Below are positions 53,211 through 64,000 of a stretch of DNA of 64,000 bases, one piece after another. The stretch covers positions 378,266-442,265 of the forward strand of contig CAVTCR010000062.1 in NCBI GenBank assembly GCA_963733195.1. The letters are read 5' to 3'. Made by a program: the position numbers and the translations under genes. How positions within the stretch are numbered: the stretch's first letter is position 1; each line of letters opens with the position of its first letter. The notes beneath the pieces were generated by a model that was not told the origin of the DNA, made no database searches, and saw only the letters and a list, made by a program, of their open reading frames with translations. This DNA is from an uncultured delta proteobacterium (GTDB lineage Bacteria > Desulfobacterota > Binatia > Bin18).

Positions 53211-54323
53211 ATGGCAAGGATCATCGACGCTGATGGACACATTGTTGAACCGCGCGCGGTGTGGGAAGAATACACCGAGTCCGCGTATCGTGAGGGAGTT
53301 ATCCAGATCGCCCGCGATAGTGAGGGTATTGATTGCCTGCGCATCAACGGCGAGATTCGTCGCGATCGCAACATGACGATTGCTGCCGCCTGCACTCCTG
53401 GTGGTCTGTCTGAGCCACACAAAGCGCGCACGATGGGCTGGAACGAAGTTCCTCGTGGCGGGTATGATCCGCATGTCCGTGCCAAAGACATGGATCTTGA
53501 AGGGATTGAGGTCGCCTTCTTCTATCCAAGCTTGTGGCTCATCTACGGCGACCTCGACGACCCCAAGCTCGCCGCCGCTTCCTGTCGCGCATATAACAAC
53601 TGGATAGCAGATTTCTGCAAACCCTATCCGAACCGTTTCTTTGGCGTTGCCCCGTTACCCTTGCAAGATGTCGATGAAGCGGTGAAAGAAATGCGCCGTG
53701 TGGTCAAAGATCTCGGCATGCGCGCGGTGTTCGTGCGCCCCAATCCATTCAATGGCCGGCGGCTGTGTGATCCTGCCTACGACGTATTCTGGCGCGAAGC
53801 ACAGGAGCTAAATGTACCGGTCGCCATTCACGGCAGCTTCGGCACCAAAATGCCGACCCTCGGACAAGAACGCTACAAAGACCCCTTCTTCTTTCACATG
53901 GTGTGTCATCCCTGGGAAATGCAGGGAGCGTGTCTCGATGTCGTCTGTGGCGGTGTGTTGAGCAAGTTTCCAAAACTGAAAGTGGCATTTCTCGAAGCCG
54001 GCCTTGGCTGGATCGGTCATTGGCTCGATCGCATGGACGGACACTTCGATAAGATGGGCCACTATGTACCATGGCTGAAGCGTAAACCCAGTGACATGTT
54101 TCGCGAGCAATGTTTCATCTCGATGGATCCAGATGAACATTCCATCGGTGTCGTCGCGTCAATGGGACTGGAAAATTGCGTGATCTGGGGGTCAGACTAC
54201 CCGCATTTCGACTGCACCTTTCCCGGCGTCGTTGAGGAAGTACAAGAAGCCTGTGCCTCGCTCCCGGCTCAAGCCAGACAGAAAATTATTGGGGAAAATA
54301 CCAAGCGGCTGTACAATTTGTAA
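53211..54323 (+). CDS. Amidohydrolase_2 family protein
   Basis: IIDADGHIVEP, RAYNNW, FLEAG.GW, WGSDYPH. Confidence 0.92.
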   Translation: MARIIDADGHIVEPRAVWEEYTESAYREGVIQIARDSEGIDCLRINGEIRRDRNMTIAAACTPGGLSEPHKARTMGWNEVPRGGYDPHVRAKDMDLEGIEVAFFYPSLWLIYGDLDDPKLAAASCRAYNNWIADFCKPYPNRFFGVAPLPLQDVDEAVKEMRRVVKDLGMRAVFVRPNPFNGRRLCDPAYDVFWREAQELNVPVAIHGSFGTKMPTLGQERYKDPFFFHMVCHPWEMQGACLDVVCGGVLSKFPKLKVAFLEAGLGWIGHWLDRMDGHFDKMGHYVPWLKRKPSDMFREQCFISMDPDEHSIGVVASMGLENCVIWGSDYPHFDCTFPGVVEEVQEACASLPAQARQKIIGENTKRLYNL

Positions 54324-54451
54324 CGACGAGCATGGGACGTGATACGTGGTGCGTGCTCTGTGAAGTGTAACGACTCATGTTCATGCACCACGCATCAGAA
54401 CGGCCAGAATTGCGTTTCGCACGGACTCAGTTGCCTCTTGAGGTGAGAAGA

Positions 54452-55639
54452 ATGGAACTCGCGTACTCCAAAACAGATGAATCCTTTCGTAAAGAGGTTC
54501 GTTCGTGGTTGAAGAAGAACCTCCCGAAGAAAGATAAGGTCGTAAGCGAACTCATGCCGCATGACCCCGAACGAGTGAGGCTCGCCAAAGAATGGCAACG
54601 TAAACTTCACGACGCTGGCTACGTCGCAATGAATTGGCCCAAGGAATACGGCGGCCAGGGCGCAGATGTCATGCAGCAGACCATCGTCAACGAAGAGTTA
54701 GTGTTGGCTCGGGCTCCTGGCTTAGTTGGCGCGTCGGGTTTGCTGATGCTTGGCCCGACGCTGATTCAATATGGTACCGAGGAACAACGACGGCGCTATC
54801 TACCGAAGATCCTGACTGCTGAAGAGATCTGGTGCCAAGGATACTCTGAGCCAGATGCGGGATCGGATCTCGCATCGCTACGCACGCGGGCTGAGATCGT
54901 TGGCGATGAGTTTATTGTCAACGGTCAGAAAGTGTGGACCTCAAACGCGCAATTCTCGGACTGGATGTTCTGCCTCGTTCGTACCGATCCTGATGCACCC
55001 AAGCATCGCGGCATTTCCTACATTCTGATCGACATGAAGAGTCCGGGCATCACCGTCCGCCCGTTAGTGCAGATGACCGGTGATGCTGGCTTTAATGAAG
55101 TCTTTTTCGATAGTGTTCGTGTGCCACGTTCTAACCTGGTCGGTGATCTCAACCAAGGCTGGATGGTCGCTAATAACACTTTGTTCCACGAACGTAATCT
55201 CCTGGGCTCAACCACCCGCACTCAACTGATGATGCAGAATCTCATTCGCCTCGCTCGGACGCATCAGCGTTATGGCAAGCCAGCAGCAGACGATCCTATT
55301 ATGCGGCAAAAGCTAGCGGGACTTCTCACTCGCGTCGAAGCGATGAAATATCATTCGTACCGACAACTGACGAACACGATCAAAGGGCGGCCACCGGGAG
55401 TCGGTGCGATGGTGAACAAGCTGGTTGGCACTGAATTGAACCACGACATCTGTGCCTTAGCGCTAGAAATCATGAACTCGTATGCGCCACTCAAGAAAGG
55501 GTCCGCGCGAGTAATCGACCACGGTACCTGGCAATATGAGTTTATGTTCACTCTTGGGTTGGTTATCGGCGGTGGCACCTCGCAAGTGCAAAAGAACATT
55601 ATCAGCGAACGTGGGTTAGGAATGCCGAAGTCCGGCTAA
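54452..55639 (+). CDS. Acyl-CoA dehydrogenase (catalytic-type subunit, FadE26/29-like)
   Basis: WCQGYSEPDAGSDLASL, NGQKVWTS, FNEVFFD, IGGGTSQVQKNII.ER.LG. Confidence 0.93.
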   Translation: MELAYSKTDESFRKEVRSWLKKNLPKKDKVVSELMPHDPERVRLAKEWQRKLHDAGYVAMNWPKEYGGQGADVMQQTIVNEELVLARAPGLVGASGLLMLGPTLIQYGTEEQRRRYLPKILTAEEIWCQGYSEPDAGSDLASLRTRAEIVGDEFIVNGQKVWTSNAQFSDWMFCLVRTDPDAPKHRGISYILIDMKSPGITVRPLVQMTGDAGFNEVFFDSVRVPRSNLVGDLNQGWMVANNTLFHERNLLGSTTRTQLMMQNLIRLARTHQRYGKPAADDPIMRQKLAGLLTRVEAMKYHSYRQLTNTIKGRPPGVGAMVNKLVGTELNHDICALALEIMNSYAPLKKGSARVIDHGTWQYEFMFTLGLVIGGGTSQVQKNIISERGLGMPKSG

Positions 55640-55787
55640 ACCAGTCTGAGAGTCTAAGAGTCTAGGAGTCTGAAGTCGGAAACAGGTTGTTCCTATGACG
55701 TTTTACGTACCACGCTTCACGCACCACGTCTTACGCAGCATGTACCACGTTTCACGCCTTACGCATCACGTTTGAGAGGTCTAAAGC

Positions 55788-56922
55788 ATGGACTTTGGTC
55801 TTTCCGAAGAGCAAGAAATGTTGCAACAGTCGGCACGGGAATTCTTGACTCAGGAGTGCCCTACGACATTCGTACGCGCGATGTATACAGAGCCGGACGG
55901 CTTCTCGCGTGAATTGCATCACAAGATGGCCGAACAAGGGTGGACAGGACTGTTGATCCCAGAAGCTCATGGCGGGCTCGGCTTGGGAATGTTGGATATG
56001 GCCGTGTTGTTAGAAGAAATGGGACGTGCTGTTGTTCCTGGACCGTTTCTGTTCTCTTCGGTTCTGGTCGCGCTGGCATTGATGCAGGGTGGAACGAATA
56101 CGCAAAAGAAGACCTGGCTTCCACGTCTCGCTTCAGGTGAAGCGATTGGCACGCTGGCCCTCCTCGAAGCCGATGACCGCATTGATGCTGCTGGAGTTCA
56201 ACTGAAAGCCAAGAAAACACGGGATGGCTATACGCTCTCTGGAACGAAGATGTTCGTACCATTTGCCACCGCCGCTGACGTTATCCTGGCTGCGGTGCGC
56301 ACCAAGGGGAAAGCAGAGGATGGTATCAGTCTGTTACTGATTGAGCGCGATATGCCAGGGCTAACGGTTACGCCACTCGATATTTTCGACCAGACCCGAC
56401 GAATGTACGAAGTCACATTTAAGAACATCACAGTCCCGACGGCCGCCTTGGTCGGCGACGACGGTCAGAGCTGGAAAATTCTGGCTCGTGTGATCGACGC
56501 GGCGTGTATCGCGTTAGCAGCTGACAGCCTTGGTGGCGCACAGAAATCGTTAGAAATGGCAGTTGAGTACACCAAGGTACGCACGCAGTTCAATCGACCG
56601 ATCGCCTCGTTTCAGGCGTTGAAACACATGGCTGCAGAGATGGCCAGTGACATCGAGCCCGCGCGTTCATTGGTGTGGTATGCAGCCCACGCTTTTGACA
56701 CAGCTCCCACGCGAAACGTCCCGCGCTGCTTCACTTGCCAAAGCCTGTCTTTCTGATGTGTATGCACGGACGACCAATCGCGCTGTGCAAATGCATGGCG
56801 GTATTGGCTTCACCTGGGAACATGACATGCATTTTTGGTTCAAACGCGCCAAGTGGAATGAGTTCGCTTTTGGCGATGCGACCTATCACCGCGAGAGGCT
56901 GGCGCAGTTGGAAGGGTTTTAA
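55788..56922 (+). CDS. Acyl-CoA dehydrogenase (partner subunit, FadE27/28-like; one frameshift)
   Basis: EEMGR, RTQFNRPIASFQALKH, QMHGGIGFTWEHD. Confidence 0.92.
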
Positions 56923-57014
56923 TATCGGTGGGCACCACCGACTTTTTTCTCACAACAGGTGAACTTTACCAAAAGGTGCTCATCGTGCCAGAATGAGACA
57001 CTGAGGTTAGGTCA

Positions 57015-57422
57015 ATGAGTCAGGCCGTAACAGTAGAACTCCCAGACAGCGTCTACAAAGCAGTACGGGAAGCTGCCGACGCAACCGGTAACACCCCAGC
57101 CGAGTGGATCGCGGTGCAGATTCCTTACTTGTTATCTACAGGCAGTGGAAAAGTGCCGCAGCCCGGTATTCCTGACGAGATTGTTGCGCTTTTGTCCCAA
57201 CTCGCGCCACAGCTGAAGAAACCAGTAGAAGAACTTGCCTCAGAATGGCTCTCACGATACGGACCGCAACCACGCCCGCAACTCAGTGAACAAGAGCAGC
57301 AGGCCGCACGAGAACGGTTGCAGCAGCACTTTGGGGCAGTGAACCTTGGGCATCCAACAGGCACCGATAATGAAGACATTGATGCTGATCTCGCGCGTGA
57401 GTACGACAGTACGCATGAGTGA
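57015..57422 (+). CDS. Putative antitoxin with two RHH-like repeats
   Basis: VTVELPDSVY..., IPDEIVALL...; C-terminal GTDNEDIDADLAREY; directly upstream of a PIN gene. Confidence 0.65.
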   Translation: MSQAVTVELPDSVYKAVREAADATGNTPAEWIAVQIPYLLSTGSGKVPQPGIPDEIVALLSQLAPQLKKPVEELASEWLSRYGPQPRPQLSEQEQQAARERLQQHFGAVNLGHPTGTDNEDIDADLAREYDSTHE

Positions 57423-57434
57423 GGAAATGACCTG

Positions 57435-57824
57435 ATGTTGTTGGATACTTCTGGGCTGCTCTGCGTCCATCACGAGGCGGAACAGCGGCATGAGAATGCA
57501 GTAACGTTCTTCCACGCCGCCTCGACTCGCTTCACGCATAGCTACGTGCTGGCGGAGTTCGTACCGTTATGTCAGGTACGGGGGCTGCCTCGCTCCGCTG
57601 CGCTCTCATTCGTGGTTGAACTCATCGATAATCCTCTTGTCGAAGTGATTTGGGTAGACTCGCTGTTGCATCGAGTTGCCCTTGCCTTCTTACAGACCCG
57701 ACTCGATAAGACGTATTCGTTGTGTGATGCCGTGAGCTTCTTGCTCATGCAACAGCGCAGTATTACCGAGGCCCTCACCACCGATCACCATTTTGAGCAG
57801 GAAGGATTTCGTCGGCTATTGTAG
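57435..57824 (+). CDS. PIN-domain toxin (VapC family)
   Basis: LLDTSG, YVLAE, DKTYSLCDAVSF, LTTDHHFEQEGF. Confidence 0.92.
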   Translation: MLLDTSGLLCVHHEAEQRHENAVTFFHAASTRFTHSYVLAEFVPLCQVRGLPRSAALSFVVELIDNPLVEVIWVDSLLHRVALAFLQTRLDKTYSLCDAVSFLLMQQRSITEALTTDHHFEQEGFRRLL

Positions 57825-57900
57825 GGAATTCGAGTTTGGTGATGCACCATACCATCATGAACGATTGGCTCAATTGGAGGGATTTTAGCGGTATATGTCC

Positions 57901-60900
57901 TCACGCTCTTGATCCCCTGGCGTTATCTAAGACTTCAGTAAGCCAGTCGGACACTAAGTTGCGATGCAGGCTCTCCCAATGAAACTGGTTACTGTAGCTT
58001 CGCAGGCACGCATAGCAGCTTCCTTGAGGATCACATTGCGGGTTCTTGCAGTTGGCAACCCGGCGTTGCGTTTCCTCTAGAATGCGTGGTAGCTCTTCCT
58101 GGATCCTCTCGACGTACCCGGCTCCTCCTGGCACTCGATCGTAAACTACCAACTCTCCGCGAAGTCCGGAACCGTCCTGACTCCGGAAAGTTCCATCGAT
58201 GTCACGAGATGGAATAACTAAAACATCCGCGGCGGCTGCAGTGAAAGCCGTCTGAAAAGAGAGCCAGAAATCGGTTCTATCTACTGTGGGAGGCGCGGGG
58301 CGCACACCATCAAAGCGGATCTGCAATGTGTCGGTTTGAAATTTGCATACAAGATCAACCGTGAGGAGCGTTTTGTTCGAGCATTCCACACCCCAAGGCT
58401 TGGTGTGCTTCTTTGGTGCATCACGATCAGAACCCCAGCCACAATACCTACATAATCTAAACTGCTGAAATTTCTTGCCGGAGTTCGCACGAAACAGTTC
58501 GCCATCCGGGCGATAGCCAAGACTGACCCCTGGCAGTTCGGGATGCGGCGCAAAACTGTCTTGGGTCCGCACCTGTAATGAGAAACACCTCTGAATTCGG
58601 TGGCGGCTTCAGCCGATTCAACCGAACCTCCAATACGGGCTCGTCGATGCTGGTGGTGAAGCCGCGTGGCACCACAAAGTCTCTTGGCTGTGACCTTGGA
58701 CCAGAAGCGGGGCTGGCACAAAATGGGCAGATCGGAGCTATATCTTTACGAGCGTTCACGATTTGCACCCGATTGCAACGGGAACAAGCGCGATAAGAGC
58801 GTACCTCTAACTCTTTGTTTTGCAGATCCAACCCTCGGCTGACCAGAAGGAGACCATCAGCGACTACTTCAGACCCCGGAGCATATTCTGCAATGCCGTA
58901 TTCCGCATCGCGCTCCAGTCGCATTCGATCCGTAAGATTCGGCTGTCGGACAAGTAACTTCACGACATCCTGTGGAAACGCATAACTTGGCAGCCAGTGA
59001 GCCGAGGCAAGATGATCTATGAGTCGTTCTTCTTTTACTTGTTCAGCAAGACGCGTGACGGAGTCCAAATTCTTCAGCGCAGCAAAACACTCTTTATGCT
59101 TTGGCCCTTCTTCGCGGCTTTCTCGAGTTCATCTGCCTGAGCTTGGTAGGCCGCGAGTTGGTCGGCAAGTGCGAGGCGCACATTCTCAAGCAGACTTATA
59201 CTCTCACGGAAGGCATCTCTCACTTTGAGTGAGCACTGGCTGTCAATGATACGGCTCGCTGCAGGCTCGAGCACAGAGTCTCGGTCGGTCAGCCAGACCC
59301 GGTATTGGCTGGCTGCAGATTGTTCCATCGCTGGGGAGAGAAAGAACTCCGCAACTGTTATGAGTTCTCTAGCTGCTGGTATGTTGGCGGTTCTTAAGTA
59401 GTGTCCGAGGAGGAAAGAGTTGATGTGACGCTGAGTTAATCGTTCATTGGCGAGACTAATGCGTGGGATAGGCACCTGTCCCTTAAGGATATCCAATGGC
59501 TCGTGGTAATGTACCTGATCGTGCGGGAAGGTACGCGCGTAGGTAACCGCATACGCAGCGCCTTCTCGGCGTCGACCAGCCCGACCGACACGTTGTATAT
59601 AGTTGGCAGGCGTTGGCGGCACATTTCGCAGGAAAACCGACTTGAGCTGACCGACGTCGACACCCATCTCGAAAGTGGTTGAACTCGACAAAACGTTGAT
59701 AGAGCCATCAGTAAACTTGCGCTGGTAGTCGCGTCCAGCTTCGTTGGTGAGTTGCGCCGTATGTTCTTTTACTTCTAACGGCAGCGCAGGAGTTTCGGTG
59801 TAGCGGTGATACCAGTGATGGTTCTGCCAGCGCGCCTCCCCGCTCTCCAGTAGTTAACTGACGTAGAGTGCCACCACACCCAGGGAGTACACATGTATTA
59901 CCGATCGGAAATACGGTCAGAGCACCACACTTATGGCAGGCAAACCAGGGGTCGTTCGTTTTAACAAGTAGGTGGTCGTAAGGTAATAAGAACTCGTTCG
60001 GATAGTCCTGCCGAAGGATTTCCAGATCTCGAAAAGCAAACCAGATCTCGTCGAGCAGCCCTGAAATCACGGCTTCATCCTGTAATTTGTCCTTTTTCAA
60101 AAATCGCGCGATGATTTCGGCTTGCTGCCAAGCCTGACCCGTCGCTTTTGCTTTGCTGTATATGGGTTCCAACGGATCCGTTGTCGACCATCAAGAACAT
60201 CGGCTCTGGTTATGATGCAGGGTTACAACTTTTGGCCCGACACTCTGCAAGTGTCCCAACAAGATCCCATCCGGCAGCGCAAGTGCTTTGCGCCGAAGGA
60301 CCACTTGCAACAGAGTCTGCAGGACAGCGAAACCTAATTCTGCCCCATTATTAAAAAGCGCAGGCAGACGCCGTGGGAGCTGCTCGCGTTGTTCGTCGTT
60401 CCAGTCTACGTGCACCGAGGCAAGAGCCAGCCCTGGCAAGGTGTTGCGAGCGCGCGGAGGCGCGGTGAAATGCTGCAAGAGCGAAATGAGACACTCCCTT
60501 TTTAAGATCTCTCTTTCTTCCTTGTAGAGCTGGTTGGGACGCTTAATCTGAGAGGTGAATTCACCATCTTCATCGTTTGTCTTGCGGATGATGAGGTACG
60601 GTTGTTTCTGCGCAAATTTCAAAAAGCGCTCAGCAATATTGTCGAGCGATACGCCCTGCCCATCACTCGACGCGACGGCGTCACGAATGGCATCGAGTAA
60701 TGGCTTCATGTATTGAGTTTCGGCTGTCGTGCGAGCCAGATAAGGTGCGAAATGGGCAGCTCGTTGGCGGCTATCCGAGAATACTAACAGACGTCTGCCG
60801 TGGGCTGGTCTCTTGACATCCTCTTGCTCTTCGGGTAGGGCACGTACCGTAGCTTCGGCGAGTACTGCTGTTGCTGCGTCTTCGCCAGTAGAGAACTCGC

Positions 60901-62734
60901 GGAGCACGCTTTGAAATCCACCCCTTTGTCCTCCACATGTCGGACAGATTTCAAAAGACCGTCACCTTCCGAACAGAAGCACCCGGAGATGTACTTGAAT
61001 TGGGTTAGTGCAACAGTCTCTCTGAAGATCCGCGCTAAGCGCGAGTGCACGGCAAGTCAGGCAGAGGTGTGCCTCACGAGTATCTCCGTCGTTGGCCTCA
61101 TCCTCCCCATCCGCTTCTTCTTGCACCGAATCCCTGCTCCAACTGAGCAGATGGACTTGGGGATTCACACTTGGTGATACGTTCTGCCACTTGCCGATCG
61201 ATCCTTGATAGATTCGCAGCACTGGCGCCCCGCAATGAACGCAAGTCAAAAGTGGAAAAACATGCGCCTCGCAGGATGGACACGATACCCTGTCCTCAAG
61301 CACCAGAGAACTCCAAGAGGGTCTGCGGATGAGGTTTACGTTCTGGGCATTGAGGCGAAAGACAGACTGAACCTCCGCGCAATCCGCGGAAGAAGAGATG
61401 ATAGCGTGCTGGAAGTAAAGGGGGAGAATTTGGCTCGGGAATCGCCCGCGCGCCGAGAACAACCAGCCAACGCATAATCCGTAGTGCGTCACTTGAGACT
61501 GTTTCCCAAACATGCTGCGCCGCTTCCTCCATAGTCACTGGGTGCGCCGCTGCAAGTCGGTGCAGCTTCGCAAGTTCGGCGTTGCCGCGAAGCCATTTCG
61601 CCAAAAATCTACTAGGCGTTGTTTCCTGTGCAAGGTCTGACGAAATGGCGAACCCACCTGCCTTTACCAACTGCTGTAGAGTATCGACGTCGTCGAGAGC
61701 CGCTAGCCATTGGTTCAGACTCGTGTCGTCTGGGACGGCACGAACATACTGGGCGAGAGACACTGGTGTATCAGTGCTCTCAAAGGGCTCAACTACGTCG
61801 CCTAAGATGACGTCCTCATCGGAGAGTGCTGCGCCAGTTAAATTGCGACCGAAGTTCGCGATGCCTCGCTTATCATTCCCTAGCGTCGCACTCGTTAAAA
61901 TGAATTGCAGTGCGCATTGTGGGAAAGCCTGTTGGAGTCGGCGCATGAGGAGACTGACTTCGATTCCCTGTGCGCCGGAATACGTATGCGCCTCGTCCAA
62001 GATGACGTACTTGAGGCGTTGCTCACGAAAAATATCACTGTCTTTCGGACGCAGTAACAGGTATTCCAGCATCGCGAAGTTCGTCAGCAGAATATAGGAG
62101 GCTTACTGCGTATTTCTTCGCGCGAAAAGCATTCATTGGGATCGAGAATCTCCCGGCATTCTAACATCTGTTAGATTGCTGCGGTCTCGGGGAGTATCCC
62201 CCGTATAACGACCAAAGGTAATTTCTGGTAAAGAAGCCAACAGGTCACGGAGGCGACCGAGTTGATCGTTCGCTAGTGCATTCAATGGGTATATGACAAT
62301 TGCCCTCACACCGTTTCCAGGATTTGTAAGAATGTCGTCCAAGACAGGCAACATGAAGCATTCTGTCTTACCACTTCCCGTCCCCGTAGCCACAATCAGA
62401 TTATGCCCATTCTGCGCGCGTTCCAGGCTCGCTAACTGATGACGATACAGGGACGCTCAGTGTCAAATTTTGCGGTAGAGAAACGAGACAGCTTGGGGTG
62501 CAAACGAGGTGGGTATTTCCGACCGAACAACTCAGCAGCCGCTTTCTCCTGCTTATAAGCTGGAATAATGCTCAGCAGGGGGTCGCGACAGAAGACATTC
62601 TTAGCTTGCAGCGCATTCCAGAAAGCTTCGCGAAGTTCTCGTTCATTGTCCGGCAGGAAATTCAGAGTAAAGAGGTAACGCCGGAAAGTCTCCACTAGCG
62701 TACCGTGAAATTCACTCAGATTGACCTCGGCCAC
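57901..62734 (-). CDS. Large DEAD/DEAH-box helicase with C-terminal DUF1998 (YprA-like superfamily), multiple frameshifts
   Basis: ATGTGSGKTECF, YPLNALANDQ, LDEAH, TSATL, VFSDSRQRAA, STTFEMGVDVG, YIQRVGRAGRR, AEYAPG, YDRVPGGAGY, C..PQC....SCYACL; several CxxC pairs. Confidence 0.9.
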
Positions 62735-62735
62735 G

Positions 62736-63056
62736 TTACCTCCGGTTGTCTCTATTTTGGTAGGGGCAGATCCCGCGTGGACATCGAAACTCCATAGTCA
62801 CCAACTGGTCGCGCCTCACCGGTCCAAGTACTTGTGTATGACACACCTCACATCTGGTCCGCTCATTCCATTCTTGCAACTGATCGGTGGTCAGCCATCT
62901 CTGCGCACGATCCGGTCTATCAAATTTATCTATTTTTAGAAAGCATTTACACAAAGCTTCATGCCCATGGACTTTTGCTCGGTACTCCGGGTCGTCTCGG
63001 ATTGGCGCCGCCAGGCGCAAATAGACATTCGAGCGTAATTTAACATTCGATTTCAT
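62736..63056 (-). CDS. Small hypothetical Cys-rich protein (CEVC...CPRGIC), translationally coupled to the helicase
   Basis: 106-aa ORF; its stop is adjacent to the GGAGG RBS and GTG start of the helicase. Confidence 0.6.
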   Translation of the reverse strand: MKSNVKLRSNVYLRLAAPIRDDPEYRAKVHGHEALCKCFLKIDKFDRPDRAQRWLTTDQLQEWNERTRCEVCHTQVLGPVRRDQLVTMEFRCPRGICPYQNRDNRR

Positions 63057-63063
63057 AGAGTTT

Positions 63064-63595
63064 CATCGATTGCGTACATAAACCGCAACTCGCCGGTCTC
63101 TCTTTCCACGCTGGCCGCTTCGTTTTTCGCGCGACTTTGACCGGCTACGTGAAAGGTCAGATCCTCCGGTCAAGAGATAATCCAGGCGAATCTCTTCCAA
63201 ATTGAATCCTTGCGTCGGAATCGAGAACTGCAGTGCAGTTTCAGGCTCCGCGATCTGGTTGATCTGTCGCTGGATGAGTAATATTCGCGGCGCGAGCGTC
63301 TTCGACTAAGGCCAGCGATACGCTCTGTTTGGCACTACCGACCCTATCGCCAGGGCGAACCAACTCAAGGTGAGTCCCATCGCTGAGTTGGAGAGCGAGA
63401 GACTCCCCCAAGGCGAAGCAGCCTGGGTTCTTCTGTAGCACTGCCGCTCCGTGAGCCACATCCCATTCCGGATTCTCTGCCAGGTATGGCTCCGAAACCG
63501 TGAGTCATTCCGTAACCGTTCTCGGAAGAGCCATAATTGGCTACAGCCACCTATAGGGACGCTACAGCAAGATGTGGAGTTTGAGAAGAAGCTGT
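63064..63595 (-). pseudogene. 3' part of an unknown gene truncated by the IS630-like element
   Basis: Fragments YLAENPEWDVAHGAAVLQKNPGCF... and ILLIQRQINQIAEPET...VAVYVRNR* in two frames. Confidence 0.4.
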
Positions 63596-63596
63596 A

Positions 63597-64000
63597 TACT
63601 CCCGGCAGACTCACACGAAGGGTGGACAGCCACGATGTTACGGGACGAGGATTATCAAGAAGCCGTCCGGCGCTATAAGAACATGAAAGTGAAAAGGGGC
63701 ATGAACGGCAGCGGTATCATGCCCTGATCTTGGTGCATCAGGGGTATAGTTATCGCGAGGCGGGGCGGATTTTGTTGGTGGATGAAGAGACGATCCGGCG
63801 CTGGGTGGACCAGTATCAGGAGCGCGGGTTGGCGGGGCTGCAGCAGAATCCGGAATGGGGCGGCGAGCATCGGGCAACGGGAGTTGAGCCCGGAACAAGG
63901 AGAGCTCTTACAGCGACTGTTGCGGGAAGAGGCGATGGCGGGGACACAGGTGGGCAGTGGCTGGACGAACAAGGCGGTACGACAACTGATTAAAGAGCGC
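63597..64000 (+). mobile_element. IS630-like element, left part (transposase N-terminal HTH from ~63635), runs off the window
   Basis: RYHALILVHQGYSYREAGRILLVDEETIRRWVDQYQERGLAGL then WT.KAVR; TATA at the junction; purine-rich, higher GC. Confidence 0.7.

Noticed and set aside
63462-63859. 15-bp inverted match AGAATCCGGAATGGG
   Set aside because: A few such matches are expected by chance in 64 kb, and it does not coincide with IS ends.
1-64000. tRNA/rRNA genes, integrases, Tn7/CAST genes
   Set aside because: None recognised, so the solitary repeats cannot be attributed to a CAST from this window.

Overview
Bacterial chromosomal window of about 54% GC (estimated by eye). The gene content (many LLM oxidoreductases, amidohydrolase, paired acyl-CoA dehydrogenases, REP-like palindromes) suggests a Deltaproteobacteria/Binatia-like genome, but this is inference only. 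Frameshifts cluster at 1-14 kb and 58-64 kb and are probably assembly indels. Layout: (1) DUF4139 and YwbE genes, then an HTH-WYL regulator split by an ISAzo13-family IS, then a complete type I-E CRISPR-Cas operon with a 10-repeat array. (2) An accessory stretch (vapBC, DUF3160, IS5, heptad-repeat gene) punctuated by three solitary repeats of a different CRISPR family (type I-B/Myxan-like, ...GGCGTTGAGCAC). (3) Catabolic genes. (4) The dcw cluster mraZ to ftsZ, lacking murF. (5) A class-V aminotransferase-serA-purA operon and further catabolic genes. (6) A second PIN toxin-antitoxin pair and a ~1600-aa DEAH/DUF1998 helicase locus whose upstream gene is cut by an IS630-like element. Best candidates for novelty: the foreign solitary CRISPR repeats bracketing gene cassettes, a PafBC/DriD-like WYL operator-promoter directly upstream of cas3, and the DUF1998 helicase module. 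No database searches were run; family calls rest on recognised motifs.
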